Source: a virus
Lineage: Duplodnaviria; Caudoviricetes
IMG/VR virus record: IMGVR_UViG_3300012020_000005
Span: 17,460-81,459 of that record
Length of the DNA stretch: 64,000 nucleotides
Direction: 5' to 3' (one strand)
Shown here piece after piece: positions 7,408 to 19,539 of the stretch; positions within the stretch are counted from its first letter, which is position 1; each line of letters begins with the position of its first letter. The translations under genes were made by a program, and so were the position numbers. Under the pieces are notes generated by a model. It was not told the origin of the DNA and did not search any database. It saw only the letters and a list, made by a program, of their open reading frames with translations.

Positions 7408-7668
7408 ATGATTACCACAATAGAATTTAAATATGGTTTTATTTATAAAGGAGTTAGGTATGCTTGGAAAAATAAAAAATTATACAGACTTCCTTTTGAA
7501 AGAAATCTAAGAACTTACAGATTAAAAGAAATCCCTCAATATGTTTTTAAATCAACGCAAGTTTATAATGTGCAAAGAAGTAAGTTAACTATAAATAAAT
7601 TAAAATTTTTAACAGAAAAAGTTGATTGGAATATTCAAACAATAGTAGAGGATGAATGTCCTTTTTAA
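7408..7668 (+). CDS. Hypothetical protein
   Basis: 86-aa basic ORF with AT-rich leader. Confidence 0.65.
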   Translation: MITTIEFKYGFIYKGVRYAWKNKKLYRLPFERNLRTYRLKEIPQYVFKSTQVYNVQRSKLTINKLKFLTEKVDWNIQTIVEDECPF

Positions 7669-7680
7669 TAATGTAAATGT

Positions 7681-7860
7681 ATGATATATTGTAAAGAATG
7701 TAGACGTAAGGCAGTTATGGATGCTTTTAGTAATGGTATTTGTGGAGTGTGTAGTGAAGATATTTCTTGTAGCCATAGTCCTTGTAATTTAGTTTGTTAC
7801 AATTGCGCGGAGGATTTTAATTTATGTGAATCATGTGGTAAAAGTTTAAAAGATGAATAG
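7681..7860 (+). CDS. Small Cys-rich (zinc-finger-like) protein, not in ORF track
   Basis: MIYCKEC...CGVC...CYNC...CESC; 59 aa translated by hand. Confidence 0.65.
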   Translation: MIYCKECRRKAVMDAFSNGICGVCSEDISCSHSPCNLVCYNCAEDFNLCESCGKSLKDE

Positions 7861-8047
7861 AAAAGAAGGTCTTTATAAAGTTAAATTTAACGGACAATGG
7901 AGAATAGCAAAATGGACAGTAAATCCTGATATGGATTCCTCTTGGTGTTGTTGGTGGATAGTGGGAGAAAAACCTAAAGCATGGGGATGGTCTGATAAAG
8001 ATTTTGAAGATATTCTTGAATCTTCTTGGTCTCCTAATTCTAAATAA
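7853..8047 (+). CDS. Hypothetical protein
   Basis: 64-aa Trp-rich ORF overlapping the previous gene. Confidence 0.55.
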   Translation: MNRKEGLYKVKFNGQWRIAKWTVNPDMDSSWCCWWIVGEKPKAWGWSDKDFEDILESSWSPNSK

Positions 8048-8074
8048 AAACACGTTAGAAAAGTCAATTAATTT

Positions 8075-8998
8075 ATGAGTAATTATTTACAGACTAAGTT
8101 TCAATATTATCCAAGTGATATAAGAATTGTAAAACCTCTTGGAGAAATTACACTCTATGACTATTTATATAAAATAAAAAACCCAACTGAGCAAACAGTT
8201 AACTTGTTTAAACAAATAGAGGAAGCTAGTGCTGTTGGAGACCTAAAATTAAAAGCAGAACTAAAAGCCAAGACATATTATTTTACTCCTTGTATTTTTA
8301 GTGACGGTCAAGGACGTTCTTATTCAAATATTAAATCTTGGACAGGTTTAATGATAATTGATGTAGATGGTTTAACTCCTGAGTATGCTATTGAGTTTAA
8401 GGAGTATTTATTTCACACTTATAAATTTTTTATTTCGGTTTTTTTATCAGCGTCAAAAAGAGGAGTAAAGGGCATTGTTAAAATCCCTATCTGTCAATCA
8501 ACGGACGAGTTCAAATCTTATTTTTATGGGCTTATGGATAAATTTCAGGAATATAAAGGCATTGATTTCAGTTCAAAAAATTGCGCCTTGGCAAATTACT
8601 TAACATACGACAAAGAGTTGTTATACAGATTAGACGCAACAGAATGGAATGGTAAAGGTATTCAACTAGACGAATTTAAAATTTTTGAGGGTGAAGCTAT
8701 TACTTTAGAAAACATTACAGAAGAAGATGTGGAGCAAGTTAAACTTATTTTAAAAAGAATGTTTAATAAGATTGTAGACTCAGGACATTTAATTGTACGT
8801 TCTGCATCTTTACTTGCAGGTGGATTTTGTAGTGCAGGATATATGAATATAGACGAAATGAGAGAGTATTTATTTGATTTGATAGATGATACTGATTATT
8901 TACAAAAGTCTCCTAAAACCTATAAAACGACATGTGTACAGATGATTAACAAAGGATACCAAAGCCCCGTTTATTTACAGAAAGAAGATGAAAGATAG
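8075..8998 (+). CDS. VirE N-terminal / BT4734-like primase-related protein
   Basis: YYFTPC...WTGLMIIDVDGL...FLSASKRGVKGIV layout typical of Bacteroidota VirE-N domains. Confidence 0.65.
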   Translation: MSNYLQTKFQYYPSDIRIVKPLGEITLYDYLYKIKNPTEQTVNLFKQIEEASAVGDLKLKAELKAKTYYFTPCIFSDGQGRSYSNIKSWTGLMIIDVDGLTPEYAIEFKEYLFHTYKFFISVFLSASKRGVKGIVKIPICQSTDEFKSYFYGLMDKFQEYKGIDFSSKNCALANYLTYDKELLYRLDATEWNGKGIQLDEFKIFEGEAITLENITEEDVEQVKLILKRMFNKIVDSGHLIVRSASLLAGGFCSAGYMNIDEMREYLFDLIDDTDYLQKSPKTYKTTCVQMINKGYQSPVYLQKEDER

Positions 8999-9096
8999 AA
9001 AGTATTTTTTAAGAAAGGATTTGGAAACTTTTAAACGTAAATTTAAATTAGTTTGCCGAGAAAAAAGTTTAGAAATAAATAAATATTCAGATTTAC

Positions 9097-9127
9097 TTGC
9101 ACAGAATAAAAATAATCACTATGTTTG
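9097..9127 (+). promoter_or_regulatory. Bacteroidota-type primary sigma promoter
   Basis: TTG (9097) - 20 nt - TATGTTTG (9120-9127), matching TAnnTTTG. Confidence 0.65.
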
Positions 9128-9503
9128 CAAAGTAATTAAAATAATAGAGTTATGAAAACAGAAATTTTAGATAAAATTGTAGATGTAGCCTTAATAGCAG
9201 GGATATGCTTTTTAGCTTATAATAAATTAGATGGATGGGGATGGTTAGTCTTTATATTAGCTATTAGAAACTAAACAGAATGGATGCAATATTTGAGATT
9301 TTAGGAGAGTTACTTACTACTGCTTTGATAACTAAGAAGGGTGTTTATTTTTTGCTGTTTTTTATTCTTTTGTGCGGAATTTCTGTGTATGTTTATTTTA
9401 AAGGCTATGAATAAAGAACAAAAGTTAATATCAAAAATCTATGATGCCTTTGATGATTTATATTTATCATACGAGGAAGTTGAACTATTAAAAGAAATGA
9501 TAC

Positions 9504-11372
9504 ATGGAGTATAGTAAATTAGAAGAAGAAATTAATAAACATACTCAGTATTGGGATTGTTATAACGATTGTCCTATAGAGTACAATCATACAGGTAAGG
9601 TTATGAAAATTATTAAAAATTTTTCTGTTTCTTTTAATCTTTTTTGTGCCGAAAATTACACACCAAAAAGAGTTTTAAATAAACCTGTCATTTGGGAAGG
9701 AAATCAAAATAAAAGCCATACAACGGAAGAATTATATAAAATATTTTTAAAAAGTTATGGAATATAAAGTAAAACTAAGAAAGCTAAACGCTACAGGAAC
9801 AGCTAGAGATGAAGTTAAGTTAGATATTGTTTTAGAACAACAGTTAAGTGATTTAATAGAGTGTTTTTTAACTGCTGATTCTTTTGGTAAGAATATGATA
9901 TTGAGAAGAGCTAAAAAAATAAGTAAGTTATGAAAGATACAAATAAAGAAGGTTTCTATGACCTACCAAAAAATGAAAGTTGTACAGATATAAATCATAA
10001 TCCTCCATCTCATCTTTATATTCCGCCAGGGAAAGGATATAAGCATATTTGTCCTACTTGTGGTAAAATAACTAATTTAGTCCCCTTACAAATAACATTT
10101 TAATTATGAAATATAAATACTCTAAGTTATATTGGTTTTTAAGAGACCTTGAATGGGTGAAAGTCTATTTTTCTCCATTCAAACCCCCAATACCAAAAAT
10201 TTACATTGGAAAAGTGGCTATAGGAGTTCCTTACTTCTTTCCCCGTGTTTGGCGAAAAGCAACACCTAAAAAGGCTCTTGAAGCAACCTTAAAAGAAATA
10301 GAAGAAGTTAGGAAGTATAATGAAAAAGAACAAACGTATAAACGTACAGTAAGAACTTATGATGAGATATACACACAAAAAATAAACAGCTCTTTTGCTC
10401 AACCTAAAAAAATAGGATTTGATTTTGTTAATTTAGGTTGGAAAACAAAATGGACATCAGAGGATTATAGGTTTGAGTGGAGTCCAGTGTGGTCATTTAT
10501 TTTCTTTAAGTGGCAAATTGCCATAACTTTTGTAGCTTTTGAAGCGCATCATTTTTGGGAATGTTGGCTTTATTATTCAAGAGAGACTAATGGTACAGTA
10601 AAAGAAAGATTAGAAATCTGTAGGAAAGGGTTTCCTTGTATTTGGACAAGTCATAGTGATAAAGGCAAAGTAACAACAAATTATTGGGATGTAGTAATTA
10701 AAAATAAATATTTATGATTTTAGATTTAGAAAAATTGTGGCAAATTTTAAATATATTGTCTAACAAACAGGATGAACTTTGTGAGCAAGATATTTATGTT
10801 TCTCTATTAGGTAATAACTCAATGTATAGCAGTCCTAGTTTTGAAAGTTTTTTAGAATATTACAGTTTTAAAATTGATAAAGAAAATATTGTTGTTTTTA
10901 ATCAAGATGATATACCTTACGAAAACTATAATAATAATGATTTTAGTTATGTTCCTTCTGTTTTACTTTCTTTTGGCGAAAAAGAATTAGAACAGTGGAT
11001 TGATACTGAGATTCAGGTGCAATTAAATCAACAAGACCTTGAAAAATCGGCGGAAAAAGAAAGAATAGAACAAGAGATAAAACAGTTACAAAAACGGTTA
11101 AGTAAATTATGAAAGTATACAAGATAGAAGAATTAGGAGAAGTAACTCATTTTGCTTTTGATGGAAATAAAAAGGACGCTTTAAATTGGTATATTGAAGA
11201 AACCATGTGTGATGAAAATGAAATTACTTCTATATCTTTATTACCACGAAAAAATTGGAGAGATATTACAATAAAATTTAATGAAGATGAAGAATCTCTT
11301 GTTGTATCTTTAGAAGAATATATGAAAGGTCATATTAATAATGAAGTGATATGTAGTACTGCATATTTATAG
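9504..11372 (+). other. Cluster of small phage hypothetical genes (9504-9767, 10106-10717, 10714-11112, 11109-11372 and shorter ORFs)
   Basis: Tightly packed, overlapping + strand ORFs; no recognisable motifs. Confidence 0.65.
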
Positions 11373-11532
11373 CTTAAAAATCGTGCAAAAAAGATGAAAG
11401 ACAAAGAATTAATTAAACACCTATACCACTTCATAATGGAATTAGCTATGAAAGTAGACAGAAAAGATTTTGATAAACTTAGAGTAGAGTGGGAAACATT
11501 AAACAAAGAAATAGAAACTAAACTTAAAATAA

Positions 11533-13119
11533 ATGGGTAAAAAAAAGTATACACAAGAACAGATTGACTTTGTAACTAATTTGATTAAATTAAACGACTA
11601 TAAAGTTACTCCTGCCACAATACTAATGTGTGAAAAGTTTAAGATAGACTACAATGAAAATGTAGGGAGAAGATTTAGAAAAATTATGCAAAAAATTGGA
11701 GTTACAAATAATGTAGTCACAATAGAAGATACTGATGTTTTTAAAGAAGCTCAAAATAAACAACACGATAACACTAAAAAAAGATACCTTATTAGTTGGG
11801 GACAATCAGATACAGCAATACATAAAAGGTTTCTTAAAAATATGGAAAACTATGCTGAATATATAGATGCTGACATATTAATAATCGCAGGTAGGTATTC
11901 CAATCCATCATCTTTATCTGCAAGTAAAGCTATAAAATCAAAAGAAAAAACTGTAAAAAATACATGGGATAACTCTATATTACCATATCTTGATGCAAAT
12001 CGTCATAATTTACATGAACATTTAGTAGTCTTATCGGACGTCAAAATCCAACCTACAGCTTCTACACCACTTTCTTCATTAAATGGTCTTACAGGACTTG
12101 AAAGTTGTATTATAGGGCATCCTAGACAACATTTAAAGTTTCTACCTGTTTTAGATGGTTATCCAAGTAAAGTTTTATTAACTACAGGAGCATGTACAAT
12201 TGAAAACTACACTGATACAAAAATTGGAAAATCGAGCGAATTTAATCATGTTTTGGGATGTGTTATAGTTGAGTTAGATGGAGATATTTTTCATATTCGT
12301 CAAATTTGCGCTGATAAAAAAGGAGATTTTTATGACTTAAATTACAAAGTCGAGCACGGTAATATCTATACTAATGACAAAATTGAAGTTGCTGTTCTTG
12401 GTGATATTCATTTAACGAGCGAAGACAAGGAAAGTGTAGATGTTTCTTTTAGTATTTTAGAAAAATTTAAACCAAATCATGTTATTTTACACGATATTGC
12501 AGATATGTCGAGTATTAGCCACCATGAAAAACGTAATCCATTTCAGCTTTTAATAAGAGAAGAAGATGGTTCTAATTCTTTAGAAAAAGAGTTAGATTAT
12601 ATCAGGAATTGGTTTAAAAATAGACCTGTATATAATTATGTTATTCCAAGTGCCAACCATAACAACTTCATTGACAGGTGGTTACAAAATGAAGATTGGC
12701 GAAAAGATGGGAATAAAAAACTTTATTTAGAGTTTGCTAATATAACCGCTAAAGGATTAGCTCCAAAAGGTATTATTGCCTATATTTTAGAGTCAGAGTT
12801 TGATTATATTAAATGCTTAGGTGTAGATGAATCTTATAATGTTTTGGGGTGGGAGTTGAGCCTTCATGGAGACAGAGGCGCATCAGGAAGTCGTGGTTCA
12901 GCAGTTCAATTTAAAAATCTTAATGTTAAGAATGTTACAGGACACACTCATAGTGGTTTAAAACTAGATGGTCATTTATGTGTTGGTACATTAACTAAAC
13001 TCAGAATGGGATATAATCTTGGAATGTCCTCATGGTCGGTTTCAAATGTAGTTATTTATCCTAATGGAAAAGCTCAACATATTCATATAACGAGAGGTAA
13101 GTATACTACTTTCTTTTAA
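11533..13119 (+). CDS. Calcineurin-like metallophosphoesterase domain protein
   Basis: C-terminal half has GDIH, HDIAD, ANHN, LHGD and GHTH metal-binding motifs. Confidence 0.75.
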   Translation: MGKKKYTQEQIDFVTNLIKLNDYKVTPATILMCEKFKIDYNENVGRRFRKIMQKIGVTNNVVTIEDTDVFKEAQNKQHDNTKKRYLISWGQSDTAIHKRFLKNMENYAEYIDADILIIAGRYSNPSSLSASKAIKSKEKTVKNTWDNSILPYLDANRHNLHEHLVVLSDVKIQPTASTPLSSLNGLTGLESCIIGHPRQHLKFLPVLDGYPSKVLLTTGACTIENYTDTKIGKSSEFNHVLGCVIVELDGDIFHIRQICADKKGDFYDLNYKVEHGNIYTNDKIEVAVLGDIHLTSEDKESVDVSFSILEKFKPNHVILHDIADMSSISHHEKRNPFQLLIREEDGSNSLEKELDYIRNWFKNRPVYNYVIPSANHNNFIDRWLQNEDWRKDGNKKLYLEFANITAKGLAPKGIIAYILESEFDYIKCLGVDESYNVLGWELSLHGDRGASGSRGSAVQFKNLNVKNVTGHTHSGLKLDGHLCVGTLTKLRMGYNLGMSSWSVSNVVIYPNGKAQHIHITRGKYTTFF

Positions 13120-13143
13120 CCATCTTCTTATATTACATCCTTT

Positions 13144-13180
13144 AACCCTTCAATCTTATAGTTGAGGGGTTTATTTTTTC
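13144..13180 (+). terminator. Probable intrinsic terminator
   Basis: AACCCTTCAA / TTGAGGGGTT stem followed by a T-rich tract, just after the phosphoesterase gene. Confidence 0.6.
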
Positions 13181-13228
13181 TGTTTTTATTCTTTTTTTCG
13201 CGAAATTTTAAAATAATTTAACTTTATC

Positions 13229-13259
13229 TTGTGCAATTAAAAATTAATGCTTACATTTG
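13229..13259 (+). promoter_or_regulatory. Bacteroidota-type primary sigma promoter
   Basis: TTG - 20 nt - TACATTTG (13252-13259). Confidence 0.65.
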
Positions 13260-13278
13260 TAAAATAAAATTTATAATT

Positions 13279-16093
13279 ATGACATTAAAAGAGAAGTTTT
13301 TACCTAAAATGTATTGTTTTATGGGCAGTGGTATGTTAACTAATACATACGATAAAGATGTGGCTGAGAGTAATGCGGAAGAATGTGTACAAATAACAGA
13401 TGATTTTGCTATTGGGTTTAAAGATTGATGTGATGAATTAAATGAAACCATTTATGAAGATGGAATTGGAGATAAAACCAAACAAAAAACTACATCCGAA
13501 CTACTACAAATCTATAAAAAAGAAAAAGGACTATGAAATACAATCTAAAAAAGATGTTACAGAAATGTGTAGCACAAAAAGTTGATTATGTTTTACTACA
13601 CTATGGATTTATAGAAAATTGTAAGCTAACAAAAACTGAAAGAGAGGCTTTACAGAAATTACTAGAGGAGATGAAAAGTAGTAATTTAGTTATAGTTTTT
13701 GATAGTATTGCTTTTACTCCTTATATAACCCCTTATAATGGAGGTTATGTTACAGCAGGAATAAAATTTAACACGGTAGAAAATTGGTAATTATGGAAAT
13801 AACATGGACATATAATTGGTTAGAAACAGTAGGTTTTCTGTTTTTAATTGTTTTTGGCGGAATTTATTATTTGCATCACTTTTGTGAGGTTTAACCTGAC
13901 AACTTAACTATGAAATATAAATATTATGATTGATTTTGAAAAATTTAAAAACTATTTAGACTCAGAAGAGGGTCAAAAAGCTATGGATAGAATGGCTGAA
14001 AAATGGGCAAAAGAAGATGAATTTAATAAAAGATGGAAGAACAGAGTTAAGAGCTTTCTAAAAGATAAAACAGATGAAGAATTATCTGTTTTATTTGAAG
14101 ATTTTCATAAACACGCTGAAAAAAGAAGAGACATTCTTTGGAAACAAAGGTATGATGGAGAAACTTCTTTATATAATCCTCTATTTGGAGCTATGAAAAA
14201 GTTGGGTAAAAAATCTAAAAATAAAAGATATAATATGTTCACAACAGCTATGTATAATTGGAAAGGTTATCAAATAGAGTCTTATTGCGGACAAGGTTGT
14301 TTTCACTCACTAAGTAAAATGTAATAATGGAATGGATTAAAGACCCCCTATACACAAACACATATTATACAACTGAGAAATTTAATGGCTATCAATACAA
14401 TGTCTTAGTAATAACAGAAGAATCCCCTAAAACTATTAAATATTGGATTCATGCTTCTTCAGGTAAAAAACGTAGAGAGTTTGAGATATTTGAAGATAAA
14501 GAAAATAAGTCTTTAGGAGGCATCCGTTCAATATTTTGGATTAAGGAAGCTATGTATGATTTTCCAAATTATTTTAAAAATAAAGTCAGGGATAGACAAC
14601 AATATATCTGTATAGGGTGGTCTAATAATAGAAGAAGAAATATTTATTCAAGATTGATAAAAGAAGGTTTTGAATTTAGGTCTGAACAAGGAAGAAAAAT
14701 TTTAATTAAAAAATTATGAGAAACACATTAGGAATATATAATCTCTTCGGAGAGAATAATAAATCAAAAATGCTATTTTACAATTGGTGTAAAGACAGTG
14801 ATGAATTCTGTGAGTATGATGTAGAAATGTTAGAAAATGATTTATTTATTCCATCTATAAATACAAGTAACCAATACTTCCATTTTCATAGAGGAAATAT
14901 CTTAGACTTTTTAGAAAGTAAAGGATATTATATAGGACTTCCTTTAAGAGGAGAATATAAATATGTCACTTGTTGTTATTTTAAAGACCCTTCTGATATT
15001 AAAACTAAGTCTGTTAGAAGACCTTTCTATAATAATTCAGGAATAGTTGGTAGAACAAGAGCCTTGGAAATTGGGGTTATAAAATGCATTGAACACTTAG
15101 AAAAAACATTATGAAAATAGCTATAAAGGTGCTTTAGAATTAAACAAATAACTTGGAAATAATATGAATGAATACGATGTAAAAAGACTGGCTTTAGTAC
15201 TCGCTATACAAGCTGAAATTGAGGGAGGAAAAGCTGAAAATACTTACTATAGTAACCTTGGTTGGGAAATACCATATAGAGAAGAACACTTTTTTGCAAA
15301 AGCGGGAGAATTAAGAGAGTTAGCGAATAAACATAATGAACAGCTATGAAAGGCATAAAATTTAAAATGAAAGATGGCAGTTGGGATTATTATGACCCAC
15401 TAAACCAAAGTGATTTCTCAGAAACAGATACACATTATGTTTTAGACATGATTTATTTATACGATATACCTAAAAGTGAAGTTGAGTATTTTGAGTGGTA
15501 TGATTTATGTGAAGAGTGTGGACATGAACTCTTTGATGATGGATGTAGGAGATGTATTTCAGAAAGAGAGTTACAACAATTAAAAAACGAAGGATGAAAA
15601 CTAAATTAGATTTTTATAAAATGTTTGGTATTATTCCAGGAATGCACTACCATGCTTTAGATTACTCTATTCAGGTTTGTGAAAAATCTTTTAATTTATA
15701 TGAAGAGGCAAAAACGGATAAGGAAAGAGAGTTAAATTTAATTATTGCAGAAACAGTGGCTAAACACACTTTTCCACCAATACCAATAGAAAATCAACCT
15801 TTCTATGGAATTTACAGAAATGAAAAATGAAACAGTTAACTGAAGAAGAATACAAAATTTTAGCTGAAAGATTTAATAAAATGACGTTTCTGCAAAAATT
15901 AATAACTATAAAGAACAATGAAAATTTAATGTTTATAGAGACAGATGGATACAATGTTAGACTTAGATTTGTTGACCAAGAGGTTATGAAACGTGAAAAT
16001 GATTTATTATTTTCTTTTCCCGAATTTTTTGATTATAGCCATTTAAAAGATATTTTTAGTTTATCCGATATTAAAATTAAAAAACTTTTATGA
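13279..16093 (+). other. Cluster of small phage hypothetical genes (13533-13790, 13926-14324, 14327-14719, 14716-15114, 15164-15349, 15346-15597, ~15595-15830, 15827-16093 and others)
   Basis: Densely packed, overlapping + strand ORFs. Confidence 0.65.
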
Positions 16094-16824
16094 AAAATAT
16101 ATTCAAAGACCGTACAGGTGAAATACACATTACTAACGAAGGTTACGAAGTTGAGATTATTGAGTATTATGGTAATAATAGTTGTACTATAAAATTTAAA
16201 AATGGAGTGGTTATTAAAGATAAATCGTATCATAGTGTAAGAAAAGGAAGAATTAAAAACCCATACCATCCTTCTGTCTATGGTGTTGGTTATTTTGGTC
16301 AAGGGAAATATAAAGCAGTAATTGCCTATAAAAGTACTAAATATTATATAACTTGGATAGATATGATAAAAAGATGTTATTCAGAAAAAAGTCAACAAAA
16401 TAACCCAACATATAAAGATTGTACAGTAGATGAAAGATGGCACAACTTTCAAGTCTTTGCTGAATGGTTTGAAAACAATTTCAATCCTGAATATATGGAC
16501 AGATGGTGTTTAGACAAAGATATTCTACAAAAAGGTAATAAAGTTTATTCTCCTGAAACTTGTGTTTTTATACCACATATAATTAATAATGTGATTAAAG
16601 AGGGGGGTAATAAAGGAGTTTATAAATCAACAAGGAGTTCTTACAAGTGTCAATTAACAATAAAAGGCAAAACACGTTTTTTAGGGTCTTATAAAAATAA
16701 AAAAGAAGCTTATGAAGTGTATAAAGAAGCTAAGAAAAAGTATATTAAACAAATTGCTGATGAATGGAGGGATAAAATAGGTAAGAATATTTATGAAGTA
16801 CTTTATAAATGGGAAATAAAATAA
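16090..16824 (+). CDS. HNH-type homing endonuclease-like protein
   Basis: KDRTGE N-terminus, W.DM..RCY, WHNFQVFAEW, LDKDIL...YSPETCVF, AP2-like C-terminal region; paralogue of 55160-55903. Confidence 0.7.
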   Translation: MKNIFKDRTGEIHITNEGYEVEIIEYYGNNSCTIKFKNGVVIKDKSYHSVRKGRIKNPYHPSVYGVGYFGQGKYKAVIAYKSTKYYITWIDMIKRCYSEKSQQNNPTYKDCTVDERWHNFQVFAEWFENNFNPEYMDRWCLDKDILQKGNKVYSPETCVFIPHIINNVIKEGGNKGVYKSTRSSYKCQLTIKGKTRFLGSYKNKKEAYEVYKEAKKKYIKQIADEWRDKIGKNIYEVLYKWEIK

Positions 16825-16871
16825 ATTACTATGACATACAAAAAATTTAAACACAATTTCTTTCTCATATT

Positions 16872-17186
16872 TTATTGTGGAATTTCCATCCATTGAATTA
16901 TGTGCCAACCATTACCTTCATCTACAACACCTCCACCATCTTCATATAACCAAATTCCATTTTCAAAATAACCTAAAGTGGTGCATGTTATATTTTCTTT
17001 AGGTCTCCTATAATCAAATGTTTTTATAATGACAGACCTTTCGTCTTCAGGAGTTTGTTCATTTACATTTATCCATTTAGGAGCTCCTGCTTCAAATCCC
17101 GCTATAAAACATTGTTCTACAAGACCATCTTCAGACCTATCTATTAAATCTGAATATTCTTTTGCTAACCTCTCTTTACTTTTCAT
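16872..17186 (-). CDS. Hypothetical protein with DUF551-like C-terminus
   Basis: WINVNEQTPE...WMEIP pattern. Confidence 0.55.
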   Translation of the reverse strand: MKSKERLAKEYSDLIDRSEDGLVEQCFIAGFEAGAPKWINVNEQTPEDERSVIIKTFDYRRPKENITCTTLGYFENGIWLYEDGGGVVDEGNGWHIIQWMEIPQ

Positions 17187-18968
17187 TTATCTCTATTTTA
17201 GGTTCTTTATCTTCTAAATGTGTTATTGTGTAACTTTCTCCTACTTTAATTTTATTTAAGATGTATACACCTGTTTCTATGTTTTTTATTTCAGGTTGTA
17301 TTTTGTCTGTTATTGTTTTATAATCTTCTTTCCCAGCCCACCAAAAACGAATAAATTGACGGGAAGACTCAAAATGACACCAATCATTACCATTGAATAA
17401 TTCATTTTCTGTCTCTTGTAATTTTCCTAATCCATCCCAATCTACTAAGGTTTTGTAATATCCTTTTCTTAGGGGTTTTGATATGCTGTTATTTATCCAC
17501 ATTTTCTATAAATTTTATGTTACTTGGTAAAACACTTTCTATTGTTCCATCAGATAATTCTACTAAAGCTACTGTAAAGTTTCCCGCTCCTGTTTCAAAT
17601 TCTTCATAAGAGCAACCCCATATATGAAATAACCCTTCATGTATAAAATCTTTTTCCCAACAATTAGTTCCCTCTTTTACTCTTTTGAAAGCTCCCTCAC
17701 TAATATATTCTGCTATAATCCATTTTTTAAATAATACTTTTCTCATTTCTTTTTACTTTTATACCTAAATTTTGCTTTACATTCTTCATTAATACACTGT
17801 ACTACTTTTGAGCCTTTTCTTGTTTGTTTTAAGTTTGATTGGCATTTTGAGCAGTTATCTGTTTTTAGCCTTTCTTGTATCTGTTTATCTATGTTTTCAT
17901 TCTTTTTTCGGCGAACTTCAGCTTTATATTGCTTTTCTTCCTCTGTTGGTGGTATAAGAATTTTAGCTAATCTCTTATACTCTTTACTTATCCAAGGGTC
18001 TTCATAATGATTACCTAAAGATATTTCATCTCCTAATTTTATAAATAAATCCCATTCACGTTGATTGTCTCTCATAACCATTCTAAATTTATAGGTTCAT
18101 AAAATTTATTATCTCTATCAACTTCTTTTTCAAAACTTTTCTTTCCATACCAATAAGCATAAACTTTTTTCTGTTCTTTTTCTAGTTTTTTATACGCGGA
18201 ATTTGCTTCTTTTTGAGTTTTAAAAATTAATGTTTCTTCTCCTCCATACCAACAGATTCCAATAGGATTGAAACCAGCTTCTCTTACTGTTCGTAATGTT
18301 ATGGAGGTTGAAGTTCCATATTTATATCCATTATCTTCTAACCACTCATTATAAGCTATATTTTCTTGTAACTCCTTATTCCATTTTTCTTTTTGTTCAG
18401 GAGTTATTCTATCTAATATTTCCTGTATTATTTTACTCTTCATTAGTGTAAATATTTTATTATAATATCTGAGTTATCTATTAGATTTGAATTATATAAA
18501 TCATAGGCAGATACACCTACATTGTCTTTGCAGTTCATGTACCATAAATCATTTTCTAAATAGAAATCACATTCTTTGTATCTATCATAAGCTATTAGAT
18601 TTTTCTTGGCTTTATTTGATTGTTTTTTGGTGTGTTTCATCTCTTAAAATATAATCTGTTGGTTTTAAATCTAATACTCTTGCTAATGTTTGAAAACTGT
18701 CAGAGGCTGAATCGTAATTATGTTCTTCTAATTCGTAATCTAAATACCCTCCAAATTCATCTTTTTCTACTATTTCTGCGGAAAACTTTTCCGCATAAGG
18801 TGAATTAATACACTCATCTGCGATTCCCAAAAGATTGTAATTATTATGTGGTAGTTTTATTCTTTTACCTTCGTCCTGGTCAAAACCTTTTATATATCCA
18901 TCTGAGCAATCTCCTATTACATAGTCTATGTCGTTTTCTACAAATATATAATTATTATGTTTTTTCAT
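17176..18968 (-). other. Cluster of small phage hypothetical genes (17176-17502, 17489-17746, 17743-18081, 18072-18443, 18443-18640, 18612-18968)
   Basis: Overlapping - strand ORFs converging on the + strand block. Confidence 0.65.
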
Positions 18969-19327
18969 ATCTTAATTATTTTTATTGGTATACCTCTCTT
19001 TTCCGCCATTTTTATAGAGCTTAAAGTGCCTTTACTCACCCCATTCCAAAATGCAATCAAATGTGTTGCATCATTTATTATTAATTGATTTCTTAAAAAT
19101 CCTGCTTTCTTACCATGAGTATCCCAATCAGGTAAATGTTCTATAATATCATACTGATTTTCTAAACAGTATTTTTTAATAAGCGCATCAGCCCCTGACT
19201 TACAACCACCGCTTATATAATCAATCTCTTCACCTAAATCTTTTATTAAGTACTCTAATTTTGCTCTAAAAAGGTCGTAGTCTCCAAAACCTCTACTACC
19301 TACAACTGCTACTTTGACTATAGACAT
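18965..19327 (-). CDS. SLOG family protein (YspA/DUF2493-like)
   Basis: VAVVGSRGF...ISGGCKSGAD...AGFLRN...AFWNG.SKGT. Confidence 0.8.
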   Translation of the reverse strand: MSIVKVAVVGSRGFGDYDLFRAKLEYLIKDLGEEIDYISGGCKSGADALIKKYCLENQYDIIEHLPDWDTHGKKAGFLRNQLIINDATHLIAFWNGVSKGTLSSIKMAEKRGIPIKIIKI

Positions 19328-19539
19328 AAATATTGTTTTATCTTATCTTCAGTGCATTTAAATATTTCTAACAGGTCTTCTCTATTGTCTTCTGTTAACA
19401 TGCCTCTATTAAGCCTTATCGCTAATTGTCTTCTTTGTAAAAAATGATTATATATAGGACTGTCCTCTGAAACAGGTATTTTACCATGAGCTATTTTTTG
19501 TAGCTTATTTAAATTTTCTATATTACTCTGTGCTTCCAT
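19318..19539 (-). CDS. Hypothetical protein
   Basis: 73-aa ORF in the gene run. Confidence 0.55.
   Translation of the reverse strand: MEAQSNIENLNKLQKIAHGKIPVSEDSPIYNHFLQRRQLAIRLNRGMLTEDNREDLLEIFKCTEDKIKQYLCL

Noticed and set aside
7408-8998. Integron integrase next to the array
   Set aside because: These ORFs lack tyrosine-recombinase catalytic motifs; 8075-8998 fits a VirE-N/primase-like family.
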